The notes: generated from the sequence alone by a model not told the origin. 32,000 bases of DNA from Candidatus Methylomirabilis oxygeniifera (GCA_000091165.1 FP565575.1:2580001-2612000); one strand, 5' to 3'. Positions 15,282 through 23,355 are shown, numbered from the stretch's first letter. Numbers and translations: made by a program.

Positions 15282-16070
15282 TTACCCGAAGAGACCCAGA
15301 TACCAGTCGATCACCTCATCACCGACAAACAGAGCAACGACTGCGCCGAGCGCTAAAAACGGCCCGAACGGGATCCGGTCCTTCCGCGACAGCACACGGG
15401 ATGCTATCAGCGCCAACGAAAGACAGGCGCCAGCGATGACCGCGACGCCAAAAGAGACGAGCATGAGGCGCCACCCGAGGAAGGCGCCGATCATGCTCAG
15501 CAGGTTCACATCACCGCCGCCCATGCTCTCTTGCTGAAAGGCTACCTCTGCATATACCGCAACCAGATAGACCAGTCCGGCACCGACCAGCGCTCCCGTC
15601 GCGGCTTCAAACGGAGGCGGATCGAAGGTTAGGAGGCTTGCGACGAGCCCGATCGGTATACCGGGAAGACTGAGGATATGGGGAATGATGCCATGGTCCA
15701 GATCGATGAATGTGATCACCACCAATACTGAGAGGAAAAGAAGGAGGAACACTGTTCGGGTGGCAATGCCGAAGTGTAAGACCGTCGTAAAGTAAAGGCC
15801 TGCGGTTAGCCCTTCTACAAGCGGGTAACGCCAGGGAATCGGTGTCTTACACCGACGGCATCGACCCGCAAGCAGGAGAAAGCTGATAATGGGGATATTG
15901 TCGGACCATTTGACCGGCGCATTGCACTGAGGACAGTGCGATCCGGGAAAGACGAGGGATTCGTCGCGTGGGATACGCCAAATACAGACATTCAGGAAAC
16001 TTCCGACCACGAGCCCCAGGGGGATGGTCAAGAGTATTGCTAAGCCTTCTAGTGACAGATTACCCGGCAA
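15282..16070 (-). CDS. pilD: Prepilin peptidase / N-methyltransferase PilD
   Basis: 262 aa. GSFLNVCIWRIP, Cys motifs CPQC...CRRC, Asp-containing FIDLDHGIIP and GGGDVNLLSMIGAFLG. TTG start. Confidence 0.9.
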   Translation of the reverse strand: MPGNLSLEGLAILLTIPLGLVVGSFLNVCIWRIPRDESLVFPGSHCPQCNAPVKWSDNIPIISFLLLAGRCRRCKTPIPWRYPLVEGLTAGLYFTTVLHFGIATRTVFLLLFLSVLVVITFIDLDHGIIPHILSLPGIPIGLVASLLTFDPPPFEAATGALVGAGLVYLVAVYAEVAFQQESMGGGDVNLLSMIGAFLGWRLMLVSFGVAVIAGACLSLALIASRVLSRKDRIPFGPFLALGAVVALFVGDEVIDWYLGLFG

Positions 16071-16215
16071 GAGAGGCCGACCTTAGGTTAGGGCGAGGTC
16101 CAGGACCCGCCAAGGAGATTGAGTCGTAGCCCGATACAAGAATCCACCATCGACATGATCTGTAGAATAGCAGTTCCTGGGTAGGTTACCAACTCTAAAG
16201 CTGTGACGAAGGGGC

Positions 16216-17481
16216 CTATAGTCCCCACGACAGGATTTGGAGTGGGCCTTGAAGGGGCGGATTGGAACCGCAATTGTACGTGAGCGTAATATTGCCGTTC
16301 ACGGTGTTGGCGCTCACAAGGCTGCCGGGCGTGTCGAGGGCGTTTTCACCAATGATGAGCCCGACAATGGTCCCAGTGCCGCTGAGATCGAACTGTTCAT
16401 GAGCTGCTATCAGCCCGTTGTAGCCATTGTCTGGGGTGCCTTGGATTTTGACATCACGGCCTGCAATAAACAAGGAATCGTGAACGGTATAGGCGGCGTC
16501 GGCGCCTATCGTCGGATTACCTGTAATCTTAACATCGCCGGTTGCAATCAGGGTAGTTTTCCATGGGTTGGAATCATCGCCTAGAGTGCTTGCCACTTCT
16601 GCGGTTCCTTGGAAGTAGTATGTGCCGTTGCAGGGTGTACCGCTGTTTAATTTCCATGTAGCAAGGGGGGTGTCGGCGGTGTACTTCCATCCGCAAGTGG
16701 AAGTATCTCCGGAATTCAGGGTCTGAAGCAGGGAGCCGCTGCCGTCGCGTACCTCACCCTGACCGTTCGCGTTCACTGTCATCTGATATAGGTGATCCAG
16801 GTGGCCTGCAAGCAGGTTCGTCGCGGCGGCTAGGAAATCGGCCGGATCGATGTGCGGAACTGTTTCTGTCGGTGTGCCGCCCCCGCTGCCGGCACCGACA
16901 GTTGCGCCGCCGGGATTCGAATAAGTGCCGCTGGCGGTGGCGTTGCCGTTAATTGTGACACTGCTGCCATTCAGGGTAAGATTACCGTTGGCATGAACGT
17001 TCCCGCATATCCCACCAGTTGCTAACACGCCTGTGCTGCCCCCAATTGTCATACTCCCGTCGGTCAGGATGGCGTCATTGGAGCGAAAAAAGGTGCTCAT
17101 GACGGCTCTTCGAATCGCTTGAGCCCCTCCAATAGCACTGGCGCCGGTTGACACCACCCTCACCGTGTAATCTCCTGCCTTCTGGTGCTGAACAGTATAG
17201 CTTCCTGCCCCGCCCAACGACGGATTGGATAGGAGAGTCTGAAGGTTGACATTGGCGTTTGTCACGAGGCTCGACGTCGTCCGCAGTGTGTTGAAGGCAT
17301 GCTCCAGACCGGCCTCGGCCAGGAACTGGGCCTGGATGGTGCGCAGATGGTTGGATGCGATCTGCGCCTCAGAGCCGCCGATCGACAGAATGGCAGCCGC
17401 GAGCGCCCCCAGGACGACGAAGGCCATGAGCGCGAGCGGAAGGATCAGCCCCTGATCATTTCCAAACCGCTGATACTTCAT
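16216..17481 (-). CDS. pilX: PilX-N-terminal-domain minor pilus protein with large Gly/Asn/Thr-rich C-terminal domain
   Basis: N-terminus MKYQRFGNDQGLILPLALMAFVVLGALAAAILSIGGSEAQIA resembles the PilX_N type (no G/FTLIE cleavage motif). Last gene of the minor-pilin set. 4-nt ATGA overlap with pilW. Repetitive GNLTLNGSSVTINGNATASG segments. Confidence 0.6.
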   Translation of the reverse strand: MKYQRFGNDQGLILPLALMAFVVLGALAAAILSIGGSEAQIASNHLRTIQAQFLAEAGLEHAFNTLRTTSSLVTNANVNLQTLLSNPSLGGAGSYTVQHQKAGDYTVRVVSTGASAIGGAQAIRRAVMSTFFRSNDAILTDGSMTIGGSTGVLATGGICGNVHANGNLTLNGSSVTINGNATASGTYSNPGGATVGAGSGGGTPTETVPHIDPADFLAAATNLLAGHLDHLYQMTVNANGQGEVRDGSGSLLQTLNSGDTSTCGWKYTADTPLATWKLNSGTPCNGTYYFQGTAEVASTLGDDSNPWKTTLIATGDVKITGNPTIGADAAYTVHDSLFIAGRDVKIQGTPDNGYNGLIAAHEQFDLSGTGTIVGLIIGENALDTPGSLVSANTVNGNITLTYNCGSNPPLQGPLQILSWGL

Positions 17482-18299
17482 GGCAGGCTCCTTGGCTTGA
17501 CCCTGGTGGTCATGCGGCGCGCGCTGCCATCCGGGCTCTGAACGGTGAGGACGATCTGAATCTCCCTGATAAGGGCTGCATTCGTAGTCTGCGTCACCCC
17601 ATCGCCGCCGAAATAGGTGAAGGTCAGGCCTGTCACATTATCGACAATGGCTTCGGCGTTGGCTCCGCCCTGCCTCCTAGTGAGACAAGTCAAAGGTTGG
17701 CACGTAGAGGTGGCAACCGCATTTCTGGCATAGGTAATAGTCTTAACATCCCGGACAATACTGCCTACAGGATAGGCAGAACTGAGGGGTGATGCAATTG
17801 GAAGGTTAATGGTGCTGCCGCCTATGCCCGTTATCTGCCTGACATCCCGCGTACCCCCGTCGGCGATATAGATATAATCGTTCAGACCCGAATTCGGATC
17901 CGCATACACCCTGAAGGCATTGGTGGTCGCTGTTGCGTCTAGGCTTAAAGTAACAGTGTTCGCGGTAAATGCGGTGGCTGTCGCCTCAACGCCATTGATC
18001 ACCGAAGAGTCGTCGACGTTCGCCATAAAGGTGATGCTGATCGGGGAGGCAGCCGTGATCGCGTTGCCTGCGCCGTTCGCGCCGACCCAGTAAGAGCCGA
18101 TCAGTCTCAGCTCGTTCGCCATACGATCCAGGCCTGCCCTCGCCCCTGCCTGAGCAGCCTCCAGGGAACTGGCCCGGATATAGGTGTCCTGCGAGACCCG
18201 GTAGACTCCCAAGATGGCCCCGCCAATTAAGCCCGCAATCGCCAGGACGATCAACAGCTCAATGAGGCTATACCCCTCAGTTTCAGCAACACGCCTCAT
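17478..18299 (-). CDS. pilW: Minor pilin PilW-like
   Basis: Class III signal MRRVAETEG/YSLIELLIVLAIAGL. 273 aa. Position after the pilV-like gene. Confidence 0.65.
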   Translation of the reverse strand: MRRVAETEGYSLIELLIVLAIAGLIGGAILGVYRVSQDTYIRASSLEAAQAGARAGLDRMANELRLIGSYWVGANGAGNAITAASPISITFMANVDDSSVINGVEATATAFTANTVTLSLDATATTNAFRVYADPNSGLNDYIYIADGGTRDVRQITGIGGSTINLPIASPLSSAYPVGSIVRDVKTITYARNAVATSTCQPLTCLTRRQGGANAEAIVDNVTGLTFTYFGGDGVTQTTNAALIREIQIVLTVQSPDGSARRMTTRVKPRSLP

Positions 18300-18311
18300 G
18301 ATCGTTCCCCC

Positions 18312-18764
18312 TTACGGTCTGGCGGCGACGAGCGTACTGATATTAATGCTTTCCTGGTTCGCCCCCTGAGCCGTCGGAAGGGTGAAGGCCACGGTGACGG
18401 TCACCTGCCTGGTATCCGCGGCCGGACCGGCCACGATGCTCACCTGTCGGCCAAAGTTCGGATAGCATGGACAACCGGGTCCAGGGCCTACTGGTATCGT
18501 CTCAAATCCTTCATTCGGGAAGCCGGCCGGAGGGAAACTGGATAGTGCTTGTCGCTTCACCTGTTCCAGCCGGTCCTGGGCGAGCATGGTCGCCGTCGAT
18601 AGATAATAGCCTCGCGTGACGGCAGCCTGGCCGAAGGAGACGGCGCCCGCGCTCCCGCCGCCGCCTTGAAGCGCGGTCGTTGCTGCCACCCCTAAAACGG
18701 CTACTGTAAGAATCGCGAGGGCAATCAGGACCTCGACGAGGGTAAATCCGCGCGCTTCTCGCAT
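18312..18764 (-). CDS. pilV: Minor pilin PilV-like
   Basis: MREARG/FTLVEVLIALAIL prepilin motif. 150 aa. GGAGG RBS. Confidence 0.65.
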   Translation of the reverse strand: MREARGFTLVEVLIALAILTVAVLGVAATTALQGGGGSAGAVSFGQAAVTRGYYLSTATMLAQDRLEQVKRQALSSFPPAGFPNEGFETIPVGPGPGCPCYPNFGRQVSIVAGPAADTRQVTVTVAFTLPTAQGANQESINISTLVAARP

Positions 18765-18784
18765 CTCGCCCCTCCTCAGTCGGT

Positions 18785-19255
18785 TTAATTGATTCGGACA
18801 CGGCCCGACGTAGCGACGATAACATCCAGAGATGACGTATTATCCTGAGCGTTCTGTACGGTGATGGTCCCGCCTCTGGCAGTCCCAAGCGGGTTAAAGA
18901 TGATTGGGTTGGCAGGCGGGTCGACAAGCTGAGCTTGATTGACCAGTCGTCTGAAGCCCTGATTATCGGTCCCAGGACCGACCCATGCCTGGTTGGTTGA
19001 GGTATCCCAAAACTGCAACTGGTTCCCGTTGACGTTAATCTGATAATTCGTGTTACGGGCGATGGCCAGCTCACGGGCCTGCTGCAGGACTGTCGCGAGC
19101 TCTTGGGAGGCGCCCCGCGTCTCCATCGCCCTGAGAAAGGTCATAAACAAAGGAGTGGCCACCATGCTGACAATCCCGATGACCGCAAGAGCGGTCATCA
19201 GTTCCACGAGGGTATAACCACATTCGCCGCCCACTCGACTCTGTCGAAAGACCAT
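18785..19255 (-). CDS. GspH/FimT-family minor pilin
   Basis: Prepilin motif ...GGECG/YTLVELMTALAVIGIV. I prefer the ATG at 19255 (GAAGGGTG RBS) over the GTG at 19270. About 156 aa. First gene of the minor-pilin set. Confidence 0.65.
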   Translation of the reverse strand: MVFRQSRVGGECGYTLVELMTALAVIGIVSMVATPLFMTFLRAMETRGASQELATVLQQARELAIARNTNYQINVNGNQLQFWDTSTNQAWVGPGTDNQGFRRLVNQAQLVDPPANPIIFNPLGTARGGTITVQNAQDNTSSLDVIVATSGRVRIN

Positions 19256-19345
19256 CTGATCACCCTTCACCTTAGAGATGGCTCACCACCGTGAGACCGC
19301 CCCCGCGCCGTCCACACAAGTGGCACGTGCGGAGCCAAGGGAAAC

Positions 19346-19370
19346 GGGGAGAGGCTGCTCGCCTCTCCCC
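19346..19370 (-). terminator. Hairpin downstream of pilA (terminator/attenuator)
   Basis: GGGGAGAGGC / loop of 5 nt / GCCTCTCCCC (10-bp perfect stem), 22 nt after the pilA stop. On the minus strand it is followed by GTTTCCCTT, only moderately U-rich. Confidence 0.55.
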
Positions 19371-19391
19371 AGTGGCGCCTCTTGCGACTGC

Positions 19392-19874
19392 TTACGGCAT
19401 CGTGATGGGATTCCCTTCACCCGCAGGAGGCGTAGCGGTGAGGGTGTAGTTAGCCACCCCAGCATTCTTCGTCATCGCGTACTGCCAGCCCGCCGGCGGT
19501 GTCGGCTCATTCCCGGCTGTGAAGAACGGCCCCGCTGAGATCAGGGCAGCATCGGTGACCGCCACGGTCAGGGGCGTGATCCCGGTGGCAGCAAGTGCCC
19601 CGGCGCAGGTGTTGGCTGTTGGTGCCGTTCCTGGCCAGTTTTGCGCAAGCACACTCCCAGGCACATCACCACAGTGGGCCGCGAAGGCGCTGAGCGTGCC
19701 CATCATCACCCGCAGATCGCTTTGGGCTCTGCCGATCCGCGACCGCGCCTGCATGTTGGCATACAGTGGGACGGCCATCGCCGCAAGGATACCGATGATC
19801 GCCACAACAACCATCAGCTCAATCAATGTAAATCCACCCTTCCGTCCAATCAGTTTCTTCCTCAGCCGTTCCAT
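19392..19874 (-). CDS. pilA: Type IV major pilin (PilA-type)
   Basis: MERLRKKLIGRKGG/FTLIELMVVVAIIGILAAMAVPLY with Glu at +5. 160 aa. AGGAG RBS. Sits downstream of a -24/-12 promoter and of pilSR. Confidence 0.85.
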   Translation of the reverse strand: MERLRKKLIGRKGGFTLIELMVVVAIIGILAAMAVPLYANMQARSRIGRAQSDLRVMMGTLSAFAAHCGDVPGSVLAQNWPGTAPTANTCAGALAATGITPLTVAVTDAALISAGPFFTAGNEPTPPAGWQYAMTKNAGVANYTLTATPPAGEGNPITMP

Positions 19875-19936
19875 CTCTCTTCTCCTTTACCGTTAAGGTT
19901 AACCGACCCAACAGTAATCATCTGGTATTTTTGTTG

Positions 19937-19952
19937 TGCAGGCGACGTGCCA
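19937..19952 (-). promoter_or_regulatory. Sigma54 (-24/-12) promoter of pilA
   Basis: The minus strand reads TGGCACGTCGCCTGCA, against the consensus TGGCAC-N5-TTGCW (one mismatch). About 52 nt of leader to the pilA ATG. Confidence 0.7.
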
Positions 19953-20027
19953 TCTCGACTTCGACACCCTGACTGATCAGAAGGCTAATAGCATTGTCAT
20001 GGTACCAGGGCTACCCGTGCATCATGA

Positions 20028-20077
20028 AAATCCCCCAAACTCCCCTCTATCAAAGGGGAGAATCCGAGGGGGGATTT
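20028..20077 (-). terminator. Bipartite hairpin between pilR and the pilA promoter (possible pilSR terminator)
   Basis: Outer stem AAATCCCCC (20028-20036) / GGGGGATTT (20069-20077). Inner stem CTCCCCT (20040-20046) / AGGGGAG (20054-20060). On the minus strand the 3' arm runs into TTTTCAT. Confidence 0.4.
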
Positions 20078-20214
20078 CAGTCGTGGGCGATTTTCTAAGT
20101 AAAGAGATGGGATCAAGCCTTGCCGACAGTATCAGGGTAGAAGGGAGCAGCGGATGATATATAACCCAATGGGAGGTGACAAAAAGAGTCGGTTGACTGA
20201 CGATTTTGGAGGGA

Positions 20215-21597
20215 TCAGTGGGCTTTGGATATGCCGTACTTCTTGACCTTGTACCGAAAGGCGCGAAAGGTGAGATTGAGGAGTTCTGCGGCCCTGCTCT
20301 GGACCCATCCTGAGCGCTCGAGGGCTTGAAGCATCAGATCTTTCTCAAGCTGCGAGACGGTATTTTCCAAGTCGATCCCCTCCGACGGAAGAGTGAAGGA
20401 CCAAGGCGGCTGCTTCTCCCCGTCTTCATTGTCTGCTCTCACCTGTACGGAGATACTGGCCGGCGACAACTGGTCGGTCGTCTCGAGGGCGACAGCCCGT
20501 TCGACGACGTTCTCAAGTTCCCGTACATTGCCAGGCCAGTGATACCGCATCAGAATCTCCATGGCCTCCGAGGAGATTGAGGTCGGCCCCCTCCGCTGTC
20601 GAAGCACGCACTGGGCCAACAGTCTGTTAGCCAGTAACGGGATATCCTCCGTTCGTTCGCGAAGCGGCGGCAGATGGATCGGGATCACATTCAGCCGATA
20701 GAACAGATCCTCGCGAAACGTGCCGTCGGCCATCGCCTTCACCAGATCCTTATTCGTGGCAGCGATGAGGCGCACATCCACCTCCAGGTCCTCTGTCCCG
20801 CCTACCCTCCGGAAGGTCTGCCCCTGCAGGAACCGAAGGAGCTTGACCTGAAGGACCGCGCTCATCTCGCCGATCTCATCCAGGAGTATGCTGCCGCGAT
20901 TCGCGACTTCGAAGAGCCCGGCCTTGTGGGAGATCGCCCCCGTAAATGAGCCTTTGACGTGGCCAAACAGCTCGCTCTCCAACAGTTGCTCAGGTATGGC
21001 GCCGCAGTTGATGGCGAGAAACGGGCGTTCAGCTCGAGAGCTTGCGCAGTGGATGGTTCTGGCGACCAGCTCCTTGCCTGTTCCGCTCTCCCCGGTAATG
21101 AGGACCGTACTATCCAGTTCGGCAATCCGGGTGATCAGTTTATACAGCTCAACCATCTTCGGACTGTGGCCAATGAGCCCGGCGGGCTGCGCCTCCTCTA
21201 TCGCGGCCGGCTGGGAGGTTCCATCATCCGGTCGCCTGACCTTAGCCAGCGCCTTTTCTACGACCAATCGGATTTCGTCGATCCGGAAAGGCTTGGTGAT
21301 ATAGTCATGCGCCCCTAATCGCATGGCCTGAATCGTTGAATCCATGGAGGCGTACGCCGTGACCATGATGACCGGTAGATGCGGATCCGTTTTCCGTATG
21401 CCGGTCAGAAGGCCGATCCCATCCATCTTCGGCATTCGAACATCAGAGATCACCAGATCCGGCGACTGATGCGCAATGAGTTCAAGTGCCCGCTCGCCGT
21501 CAGAGGCTGTGATGACGCGATACCCTTGTTTTTCCAGGAGCACTGTAAGAAACTCGCGTATTCCCTGCTCGTCATCGACGACTAATATCGTTTCCAA
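20215..21597 (-). CDS. pilR: Sigma54-dependent response regulator PilR (NtrC family)
   Basis: REC domain (VVDDEQGIREFL...SDVRMPKMDG), AAA+ domain (GESGTGKE, GSFTGA variant of the GAFTGA motif, ...), C-terminal Fis-type HTH. TTG start with an AAGGAG RBS 7 nt upstream. Confidence 0.9.
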   Translation of the reverse strand: METILVVDDEQGIREFLTVLLEKQGYRVITASDGERALELIAHQSPDLVISDVRMPKMDGIGLLTGIRKTDPHLPVIMVTAYASMDSTIQAMRLGAHDYITKPFRIDEIRLVVEKALAKVRRPDDGTSQPAAIEEAQPAGLIGHSPKMVELYKLITRIAELDSTVLITGESGTGKELVARTIHCASSRAERPFLAINCGAIPEQLLESELFGHVKGSFTGAISHKAGLFEVANRGSILLDEIGEMSAVLQVKLLRFLQGQTFRRVGGTEDLEVDVRLIAATNKDLVKAMADGTFREDLFYRLNVIPIHLPPLRERTEDIPLLANRLLAQCVLRQRRGPTSISSEAMEILMRYHWPGNVRELENVVERAVALETTDQLSPASISVQVRADNEDGEKQPPWSFTLPSEGIDLENTVSQLEKDLMLQALERSGWVQSRAAELLNLTFRAFRYKVKKYGISKAH

Positions 21598-21615
21598 AAC
21601 GTAACTCCTTATTAA

Positions 21616-21685
21616 GTAGATAGACTGTAGGCTATAGGCTGTAGGAGCGCGCTAACAGCCTAATCCCCTACAGCCTATAGCCTAT
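21616..21685. repeat. Composite CTGTAGG/CTATAGG palindromic element, copy 1 (pilS-pilR junction)
   Basis: Perfect 16-bp stem, 21630-21645 with 21667-21682. Shares an 18-mer (21616-21633), a 15-mer (21660-21674) and a 10-mer with the element at 28575-28680. Confidence 0.9.
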
Positions 21686-23355
21686 TCATCCGGAGCCTGT
21701 TTGAGCAAGACGCGAAAGGTTGACCCGCCACCTTCCCGACTGATCACCTCGATCCGGCCGCCGAGATTATCGATGATCTTCTGTGTGATGGTCAGCCCCA
21801 GGCCTGTACCGCCAGGCTTCGTCGTATAGAATGGATCAAAAATTCGTTCGACCTCCTCCGGCGGGATTCCTTGTCCGGTGTCGGTCAGCTCTATCCCCAC
21901 CCAGTTATCGCCGTTTTCAGATCCGTGACGTCGGATAACAAAGCTGAGCCGACCGCCCATCTGCATAGCCTGGATCGCGTTGAGCCCAAGATTCCACAGC
22001 GCCTGTTTTAGCTGATCGGGGTCGCCTGCAGCCATGACCTCCTCGGCCTCACGCTGAATGGAAAAGGTCACCGGGTGAGCGCTGTCGCAGCTCTTTTCCA
22101 AGAGCGAGACCGCCTCTGCAACCAGCGCGACGAGGTTGCACTGCTTCTGTGAGGCCAGGGTCGGCTTCGCGAAATCCAAGAACTGTCCGGTTACCAGCTT
22201 GAGTCGCTCGGCCTCGCGAAGAACGATATCGAGCAGTTGAGGTCTGGCTGTTCCCGCTTCCTTTATCAGTTCGATGCAACCGCTTATCGCGGCCAGAGGA
22301 TTCCTCACTTCATGCGCCAGTCCGGCTGCCAGTTGGCCCGCCGTCGCTAACCGGTCGGCTTGACGGAGCCTGGCCTCTGTCTTTCTCCGCTCCGTCAGAT
22401 CCTGAAAGATGCCCACAAGGCCTATAAGTCTGCCTTCTGATGACTTCAGGGGTGTCAGGTTGATCCCAACCGGGATCGGATGGCCGTCTAGGCCTCGGAT
22501 CGGAAGCTCTTGGGAGCATCCGGCAAAGGCAGACGTGGGGGTGGAGAAGAATACCTCAAGCTCCTTAATCGCTCCAAAAGGGGTCTCTCGCCAGTTCTTG
22601 TCTCGTATCTGCTCTACCGCAATGCCGATGATCTTCTGCGCCCCCCGGTTGAACGATACGATCTTTCCAGTGAGGTCCAGCGTTATGACCCCGCTTGGGA
22701 TATTTTCAACAATGTCCTCGTGAAGGGTCCGGAGATTGCGGAGGTCGATCCGTTGCGCTTCCAGTTCGCGGCCCGTTTCTTTGAGCCGCTCGGCAAGTTG
22801 ACTGCCTAGGAGCGCCACAAGAAAAAAGGTCGCACTATTGACGGAGAACTGGAGGAGCGCGTATGCGGGGTCATGCGTGGTGCTTCCCGTAAAGAGGAAC
22901 GGCGTCTCCTCCGTGAGCCCATAGATCTGAATATTGATCAGCGCTCCGTACAGTATGGTGCCGGCGCTTGCGAGTAACAGGCTCGATCGCCTGGATAGGA
23001 GCACGGATGCGGCCAGGACGGGAAAGATGTAGACAAACGCAAAGACACTCTTGATCCCACCGGTATAGTGTACCAGGGCGGTAGCCAGGACCGCGTCGAT
23101 CCAGAGCTGCAGGCTGCAGAGCTGCCTCAGTCGCATAGTACGGTTCAGTAAGATCGAATAGAGGACGGTGAGAAGGCAGGCGCAGGCGATTAAGACAAAG
23201 AGGGGGGTCAGCGTAAAGGGCGGGTGCTCCCGGATAGCAAGAATACCGGCTGAGCCCAAAAACAGGAACGCCACGAGGAGCCGGAGACCGATCAGCCATT
23301 TGATCTGTCGGCCCAGCGCAACGTCTTCAGACGCAGGCTCGTTTGTGTCCGTCAT
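21682..23355 (-). CDS. pilS: Sensor histidine kinase PilS-like
   Basis: 557 aa. N-terminal block of about 6 TM helices, a PAS-like region, H-box LAHEVRNPLAAI, and a HATPase domain (DTGQGIP, GGTGLGL). Adjacent to pilR. Confidence 0.85.
   Translation of the reverse strand: MTDTNEPASEDVALGRQIKWLIGLRLLVAFLFLGSAGILAIREHPPFTLTPLFVLIACACLLTVLYSILLNRTMRLRQLCSLQLWIDAVLATALVHYTGGIKSVFAFVYIFPVLAASVLLSRRSSLLLASAGTILYGALINIQIYGLTEETPFLFTGSTTHDPAYALLQFSVNSATFFLVALLGSQLAERLKETGRELEAQRIDLRNLRTLHEDIVENIPSGVITLDLTGKIVSFNRGAQKIIGIAVEQIRDKNWRETPFGAIKELEVFFSTPTSAFAGCSQELPIRGLDGHPIPVGINLTPLKSSEGRLIGLVGIFQDLTERRKTEARLRQADRLATAGQLAAGLAHEVRNPLAAISGCIELIKEAGTARPQLLDIVLREAERLKLVTGQFLDFAKPTLASQKQCNLVALVAEAVSLLEKSCDSAHPVTFSIQREAEEVMAAGDPDQLKQALWNLGLNAIQAMQMGGRLSFVIRRHGSENGDNWVGIELTDTGQGIPPEEVERIFDPFYTTKPGGTGLGLTITQKIIDNLGGRIEVISREGGGSTFRVLLKQAPDE

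Noticed and set aside
18511-19074. 187-aa minus-strand ORF spanning the GspH/FimT-like and pilV genes
   Set aside because: It is out of frame with two ORFs that each carry canonical prepilin cleavage motifs and RBSs. The Arg/Ser/Pro-rich translation indicates an off-frame artefact.
19321-19336. TGGCAC hexamer on the plus strand between pilA and the minor pilins
   Set aside because: It is on the wrong strand for the surrounding minus-strand genes. The -12 position reads GAGC rather than TTGC. It is part of a CACGTG palindrome. Not a sigma54 promoter.
19936-20157. 73-aa plus-strand ORF in the pilR-pilA intergenic region
   Set aside because: It has no RBS and overlaps the sigma54 promoter and the bipartite hairpin. 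Its composition is unremarkable. The region is better explained as regulatory DNA.
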